A stretch of 58,354 nucleotides of DNA from Vicinamibacterales bacterium (lineage in GTDB: Bacteria > Acidobacteriota > Vicinamibacteria > Vicinamibacterales > JAMQPK01), in assembly GCA_036556585.1 (NCBI GenBank), contig DATBJG010000321.1:1-58354 (forward strand). The letters run 5' to 3'. Numbering within the stretch: position 1 is the first letter of the stretch; each line of letters opens with the position of its first letter. The notes under the pieces are model-generated. The model did not search any database, was not told the origin of the DNA, and saw only the letters and a program-made list of their open reading frames with translations. Below are positions 55,239-58,354 of the stretch, piece by piece. Made by a program: the position numbers and the translations under genes.

Positions 55239-56234
55239 TTACAGCACTGCGCTGAGGAAGCTCGAGCCGATGTTCAGGCAGTCGAAGACGTGGAGGCCGA
55301 GCTTGGAGGCCAATCCGACGCTGACCTCGATGCCGCGACAACTGTTTCCGTGCTGGTCCAGGCGGGGTGAGTAGGTGGCAATCCCCAGCTGGCGGTTGAC
55401 GACCGACAGCACGGCGCCGCTCACTCCGCTCTTGGCCGGCACGCCCACCCGGTACGCCCACTGACCGGAGTAGTCGTACATCCCGCAGGTAAACATGACC
55501 GACAGCACGTCGCGGACACAGCGGACGTCGAATACTGCTTCGCCAGTGATGGGGTTGCGGCCCATGTTGGCCAGAGTCGCCCCCATGAGCGCCAGATCCC
55601 GGCAGGTGACGAGAATCGAGCACTGTTGGAAGTAGACATCAAGCGCTGCTTCCGCCTCGGCGGGGATCATTCCGAAATTGAGCAGCAGATGCGCGATCGC
55701 CCGATTGCGATGGCCGGTACAGCGCTCGGAGTGGTACACAGCCGTATCGATGGTCAGGCGTCGCCCTGCGGCAGCGCTCAACCGGTCCAGGAGATAGTCG
55801 ACAGCCCGGTCGCCGTGGGCCTCATAGAGGAGCGCTGTGACGGTGATGGCGCCCGCGTTCACCATCGGGTTGTGCGGCCGATTCGTCTGATCCTGCAGCG
55901 CGATTGAGTTGAACAGATCGCCGCTCGGTTCGACGTCGACCCGTCGGTGGACAGTCTCGCGGCCGAGTTGCTCCAGGGCCAGGCCGAACACGAACGGCTT
56001 GGATACCGACTGGATGGTGAAGGGAACCTCGCAGTCCCCCGTCATGAAGACCTGGCCGGCAGCCGTCGCCAGACAGATTCCAAAATGCTCGGGGTTCACC
56101 TGGCTGAGCTCCGGAATGTAGGTGGCCACCTCGCCGTCGGTCAGCGGCTGGTACGTCCGGTGCAGCGCCTCGATCAGTTGCTGAATCTCATGCGTGTCGC
56201 GAGCGTCGGCTGGGTTCGTCGTATGAGGCGTCAC
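55239..56234 (-). CDS. glsA: glutaminase A
   Basis: FTIQSVSKPFVFGLALE (Ser-x-x-Lys), ...NPMVNAGAI..., GVPAKSGVSG. GTG start. Confidence 0.92.
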   Translation of the reverse strand: MTPHTTNPADARDTHEIQQLIEALHRTYQPLTDGEVATYIPELSQVNPEHFGICLATAAGQVFMTGDCEVPFTIQSVSKPFVFGLALEQLGRETVHRRVDVEPSGDLFNSIALQDQTNRPHNPMVNAGAITVTALLYEAHGDRAVDYLLDRLSAAAGRRLTIDTAVYHSERCTGHRNRAIAHLLLNFGMIPAEAEAALDVYFQQCSILVTCRDLALMGATLANMGRNPITGEAVFDVRCVRDVLSVMFTCGMYDYSGQWAYRVGVPAKSGVSGAVLSVVNRQLGIATYSPRLDQHGNSCRGIEVSVGLASKLGLHVFDCLNIGSSFLSAVL

Positions 56235-56817
56235 GAGTCGCGTCGGGTCAGCTAGTGGTGTTGGTTTCGGGAGATCCGAGGAGCAAGAGCTGTTCCATGA
56301 CGAGGGTCGTGTGGAATACGAGTTCGCCGCAAGACACAGCGTTTGAGCGCCGCGGAGGCCGCCCGGTCATGTCGCTCATCGAGGGGACGGGTTCGAATAC
56401 GACGAAACTGTTCCTACTGCGATTGAAACAAACCAAACTGTCGGTCGTGGCTCTCGGCCCTTTATCGGAAAAGCCAAGGAAGTCTCTGATTTGAGGGCAA
56501 CGGTCGCTACAGCCCGAATGACTATAGACAATTTCGTTTGGACAGACGCCGTGTGCGACATTATTGTCCAAAAGAGACGCAGGATTCATCGACCTGGGCG
56601 CAGCCGCGCGCGCGACTGACGTCGCCGGGGATGAGTACTCCGGGCCTGATCTGGTCGTGGAGAGCGTTTCCAGCCATGACAATCAGGTAACAGCCGCATG
56701 ACGATGGTGAAAATTCTTGCTGATGTTGTGGTGTCTTGGCATCTATTCCACAACTAATGGTTGCCAGCACGTTTTTCCGTCTGTTACCGTTCCGTGACTG
56801 TTCACGCTTCTCGTGTT
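56235..56817. other. unusually long, visibly AT-richer non-coding divergent region
   Basis: No convincing ORF: the track ORFs here are Ser/Thr/Cys/Asn-rich, unlike neighbouring proteins. Contains the hairpin TTTGGACA-N20-TGTCCAAA at 56537-56572. Confidence 0.5.
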
Positions 56818-57753
56818 ATGGCCCGCTCGGAATCCCGTGCGCCGACAAGCCTTCGCGACCTCCTCAAACGCCACAAAGCCGGCGTGGTGCTCGGCGGGTT
56901 CCGTTCCCATGGGCAGGTCGTCAACGTCCGTTTATCGAGAGCCGTGGCGCAGCCGCACGAACGAAGAACCTCCACCACTAGAACAATTGCCGTGGTCAAC
57001 CAGAAAGGGGGATGCGGCAAAACGACGACTGCGATCAACCTTGCCGCCTTTCTCGCGAACGCGGATCGCAAGACGCTCGTTGTCGATGCAGACCCGCAAG
57101 GGCACGCCACGCTTGGGCTTCAGCGGGCGCTCGATATGGATACGGGCACGATGTTCGACGTATTTGCGCGGGGCTCAGCCAAGAGCCAAAGGCATCACAA
57201 CGGCGTCCTGAAACCAGTCTTTGAAAACCTCGACCTGGTCCCGGCTGACATCCGTTTGAGCGCGGTTCCGGAATTGCTGACGAACGTCAACGGTCGAGAG
57301 GATATATTGGCCGGTTTCCTCGCGGGCCTCAATGCGACGTACGACTACATCATCATCGACTGTCCGCCGAATGTAGGCCTCCTGACATTCAACGCGCTGA
57401 AGGCGGCTTCGGAGGCTCTCATTCCGATGGACCCCAGTTTCTTTTCGCTTCATGGTGTCGGCAAATTGTTTGAGACGCTCGACGTCGTGGCGAACAAGAC
57501 AGGACATCATGTGATGCCGAGGGCGTTCGTGACGCTGTACTCGGGTGGCTACCGATTCGCGCAAGAGGTCGTTCAAGACATTCGAAAGCACCTTGGCGCC
57601 AGGTGTTTCAACACAGTCGTCAGGCGGAGCGTCAAGTTGGCGGAAGCGTCAAGTCACGGGGTGCCGATCAGTCGGTACTGCGACCACTGCGCGGGATTCG
57701 CCGACTACGCGGCGCTGACCGGGGAAGTGTTGCAGATGGAGAGTCGGTGTTGA
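56818..57753 (+). CDS. ParA/MinD-family P-loop ATPase (orphan)
   Basis: IAVVNQKGGCGKTTTAINLAAFLA deviant Walker A, VVDADPQGH, IIIDCPP. Start trimmed to MARSES. Confidence 0.88.
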   Translation: MARSESRAPTSLRDLLKRHKAGVVLGGFRSHGQVVNVRLSRAVAQPHERRTSTTRTIAVVNQKGGCGKTTTAINLAAFLANADRKTLVVDADPQGHATLGLQRALDMDTGTMFDVFARGSAKSQRHHNGVLKPVFENLDLVPADIRLSAVPELLTNVNGREDILAGFLAGLNATYDYIIIDCPPNVGLLTFNALKAASEALIPMDPSFFSLHGVGKLFETLDVVANKTGHHVMPRAFVTLYSGGYRFAQEVVQDIRKHLGARCFNTVVRRSVKLAEASSHGVPISRYCDHCAGFADYAALTGEVLQMESRC

Positions 57754-57810
57754 GGACGACTGGCTCCCCGCACTCCAGGGTGGGGGCAAGTGCCGGGAGC
57801 CGCAATGGAA

Positions 57811-58020
57811 CTACGGTGTTACAGGGTGGCGCATCAAGAACTCATCAACTTCGCGTTTGGCTTCGTCCTTGGCATAGCCGTAGCGTTCCTGAATTCTGCC
57901 CACCAGTTTGTCGAAGCTTCCTTCTACGCTCATCAGATCGTCATCGGTCAGTTTCGCCCATCGGGACTTGACCTCACCTTTCAGTTGTCGCCATCTGCCT
58001 TTCAGCACGTCATCTGCCAT
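57811..58020 (-). CDS. CsbD family stress-response protein
   Basis: KGRWRQLKGEVKSRWAKLTDDDL...GRIQERYGYAKDEAKREVDEF. AAGGAAGGA RBS. Confidence 0.88.
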   Translation of the reverse strand: MADDVLKGRWRQLKGEVKSRWAKLTDDDLMSVEGSFDKLVGRIQERYGYAKDEAKREVDEFLMRHPVTP

Positions 58021-58145
58021 GATTCCTTCCTTTCACGGAACAGAAACGCAAGGAGCGTGCCGGCCCAAAACGCGGTGTAGAGGTTGATTTCCGGAGATGC
58101 TGTGTCAGTAGACGAACAGAGCGTCTCGGTTGAAGACGTCCTCGA

Positions 58146-58354
58146 CTAACGCCGGCGCAGCCACATCTTCAGACGTTCGCTAATCAGATCGCGTCGCTCT
58201 ACGCCTTCTCGAGTCCCCTCGATGATCTGCGGGTATTCGTCAAGGAGCGCTTCAGCAAAGGCCGAGTGCTCTTCCCGCCACTGCAATACCTCGAACGGAC
58301 CCCGGTCGATTTTCTCGCGCCATTCCCTGAGCGTATACGGATTGAGGGTTTCCA
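58146..58354 (-). CDS. hypothetical protein, 5'-truncated by the window edge
   Basis: Open frame to the window end, translated by hand: ...ETLNPYTLREWREKIDRGPFEVLQWREEHSAFAEALLDEYPQIIEG...LKMWLRRR, ending in TAG at 58146-58148. Confidence 0.4.
   Translation of the reverse strand, partial: ETLNPYTLREWREKIDRGPFEVLQWREEHSAFAEALLDEYPQIIEGTREGVERRDLISERLKMWLRRR

Noticed and set aside
56381-56405. tRNA/tmRNA-like T-loop sequence GGGTTCGAAT in the long non-coding region.
   Set aside because: The flanks do not form a T-stem (GACGG versus ACGAC). There is no acceptor stem or CCA context, and no tmRNA tag-like reading frame nearby.
56248-56682. 144-aa minus-strand ORF upstream of glsA.
   Set aside because: It has a Ser/Thr/Cys/Asn-rich composition unlike other proteins here, no RBS or motif, and competing ORFs in other frames. 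It is treated as non-coding, but blastx should confirm.

Overview
About 58 kb of high-GC bacterial chromosome. The gene content suggests Acidobacteriota: a VWFA-related protein directly upstream of a CarboxypepD_reg/TonB-dependent receptor, a hemE-hemH-hemY heme operon, very dense two-component signalling, an M56/BlaR1-like sensor and HEAT-repeat proteins. This is inference only; no search was run. I call about 62 protein-coding genes, one tRNA-Lys(UUU), one TonB-receptor gene remnant and one clear bidirectional intrinsic terminator. I see no rRNA, CRISPR array, transposase, integrase, phage gene or recognisable defence system, so this looks like core chromosome (housekeeping plus signal transduction), not an island. 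Many long ORFs in the six-frame track are antisense shadows of real genes, as is typical at high GC, and several track ORFs needed N-terminal trimming. The most unusual signal is in the DNA, not in a gene. At least 16 loci, nearly all exactly at gene or operon boundaries, carry tandem arrays with a strict 7-nt period. The unit sequence differs between loci (CCGAGAG, CCACTGA, GAAGACR, GTCGTCA, GAATCCC, CAGCCAT, CAGAATA). Several arrays are followed by their own reverse complement and so can form long hairpins, one with a perfect 27-bp stem. Some arrays run into coding sequence: the hemY and trxB C-termini, a CheY-like N-terminus, and an internal loop of the BlaR1-like protein. This resembles the STRR heptamer repeats of heterocystous cyanobacteria, in a different phylum. 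Secondary items: a BlaI / M56-protease-HEAT / secreted-HEAT module with a 12-nt perfect inverted repeat in its promoter; a cupredoxin + porin-like + hybrid-kinase operon divergent from a NarL-type regulator; a TonB-receptor remnant flanked by TAGTCTA palindromes next to an Rrf2-TauE pair; a winged-helix regulator operon bracketed by ACTTTG-N5-CAAAGT palindromes; and an unexplained AT-richer ~580-bp non-coding gap between glsA and a parA-like gene. All functional calls rest on motifs I recognise in the translated ORFs, not on database hits.
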